A stretch of DNA of 64,000 nt. Origin: Marsupella aquatica (lineage: Eukaryota; Plantae; Marchantiophyta). The notes below the pieces were generated by a model. The model searched no databases. It saw nothing but the letters and a program-made list of their open reading frames with translations, and had not been told where the DNA came from. Position 1 is the stretch's first letter. The number at the start of each line of letters is the position of its first letter. A program made the position numbers and the translations under genes. Below are positions 62,468 to 64,000 of this stretch, piece by piece. The stretch lies in NCBI GenBank assembly GCA_973895155.1, contig OZ316893.1, positions 15,406,645-15,470,644 of the forward strand, in the 5' to 3' direction.

Positions 62468-64000
62468 CTCGCAACCACGTCTATACTGTTTTGAGCGAAG
62501 ACGTCATTCCACTGTTCATGGCGCTTCTCCAGGAAAACCTCGTTCTGTTGGTTCTCCCTGGGCCCTACCTCTAAACATAATCAAGAGGTGGAGATTCTAT
62601 CAAGACGTGCGGATTCTCAGTGACACACATATATTGTTTGATGAAAAGAGACGAGGTATTGGCTGTCCAACGAGGGGACGCAATCCCTCACTGATAGGAT
62701 GACAGTGAGACCGGGAAATGCTTGGTTGGCAGCTTCACATCTAAACACTGAGCGCCTGGTCCACTGAATTCCAAGTGATCCACGAAGTCGTGAGGTTTTA
62801 GAGCCTTGACATGCAGAAACATGTAGAGCTACGTTAAGTGCAAAAATTCCCAGCTGTTCGCACACAATAAACGAGGCCAGGCGAATCTTCAACAAATCGA
62901 TTGTGGCACTCAGAGAATGAATCCTACACAATCTCCTCCCGCACCTCGCCCGAAGCGTTTACATTCCGTTCTGTTGCATGCAAGCATGCACCCCTCGTTT
63001 CGCCGGGGAAAGTACAGATACTCTTCCGAGGCAATGACTGGCGCCACCTGCAATTGTGACATGACACTTCACCATTCAATTATGAAGTTCGCGCATACGC
63101 ACGTCCTCCCAAACTTTCGAAATTGCCATAAGACCTTACAAATGCATGGACATTTTCTCGCTCTCGGTGGAAGCGGATCCCGCAGTCAGCTCGGGGAGGA
63201 GGACTTGCAGCACTGGTAAAATAATCGCCTGGCCTCACGTCAACTGCAGGAACCTTTAATGAGCTCCAACGCTAGATTGGTGCCACCTTCACAGTCATCA
63301 TTCATCCACAACAGTCGTAGGGTCACACTTCGCTTGCATCAAGGCGTCGCACAATGCCACCTTCTCACCAGCAATCGGGAGTGACGGTGCGCCTAGACAA
63401 ACCTGCGGTACTCTGGATTGGGAGCCAAGGGCACCTCATTCTCTTATCCTCTCCCGGCTGTGTAATTTGGGGGCATTGGAAATCAGGCGAGAAGGTTTCA
63501 TCGGCGCTCTGAGCCTTTCCTCGACAAAGATATCTCATCCCTCCACTTGTCGCGAAGAACTCGAAACTGGTACTCTTGCTCCAGTATGCACAGAGTTACA
63601 ATAATAACTGTTTATATAAAATATTAAAGTGCCGAAAAACAAAAGTCGCCCAATCATTATCCCAGAGGCGAATTGTATTTATTTAGTCGTCGAACAGACC
63701 GTACGCTCAATTTTTTAACGCAACTAATCTACTGTCAGTTGTTTGTATCACTACACGTGGTCCAATCGGAAGTCAATGCTACCAAAATATCAGAGACTCT
63801 CCCTGGAAAGTAGGTCAAATTTATTATTGAGTCCATTTAGCTGGAAACCAGGGTCCGCCATGTCGGGATTGGGCCTTACACCCCAACGCCAGTAAACACC
63901 CATGAAACTCCCTTTTGTGACAAGGGGGTAACTACCCCCACCCCCAGCGAGCCTGACCTGGTGCACAAAATGAACATAAGCTGCCTAGCACCAACGCCGG

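Overview
Eukaryotic nuclear DNA from a land plant, most plausibly a bryophyte; the lineage is inferred from the gene content and GT-AG introns. Host genes found: a B3-domain gene (+), an intronless gamma-glutamylcyclotransferase (+), a 4-exon UPF0235/DUF167 gene (-), a frameshifted F-box gene (+), a small protein with the PDCD4/MRF N-terminal motif (+), a spliced but bacterial-looking GH29 alpha-L-fucosidase (-), an intronless ureide permease (-) and a multi-exon photolyase-N/alpha-beta-hydrolase fusion (-). The first 25 kb and the intergenic blocks are rich in repeats. Highlights: (1) a split, decayed Crypton-type (DUF3504) tyrosine-recombinase gene at about 19.5-23.6 kb, a transposon class I do not know as established in land plants, with a perfect palindrome beside it and a hairpin array inside it; (2) a MITE family with non-canonical CTCGGGGG termini and perfect 8-bp TSDs in five intact copies; (3) the GH29 gene as a horizontal-transfer candidate; (4) a 197-bp copy of a neighbouring gene's last exon, flanked by 18-bp direct repeats, upstream of the ureide permease. 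All family assignments come from motif recognition by eye; no database searches were run.
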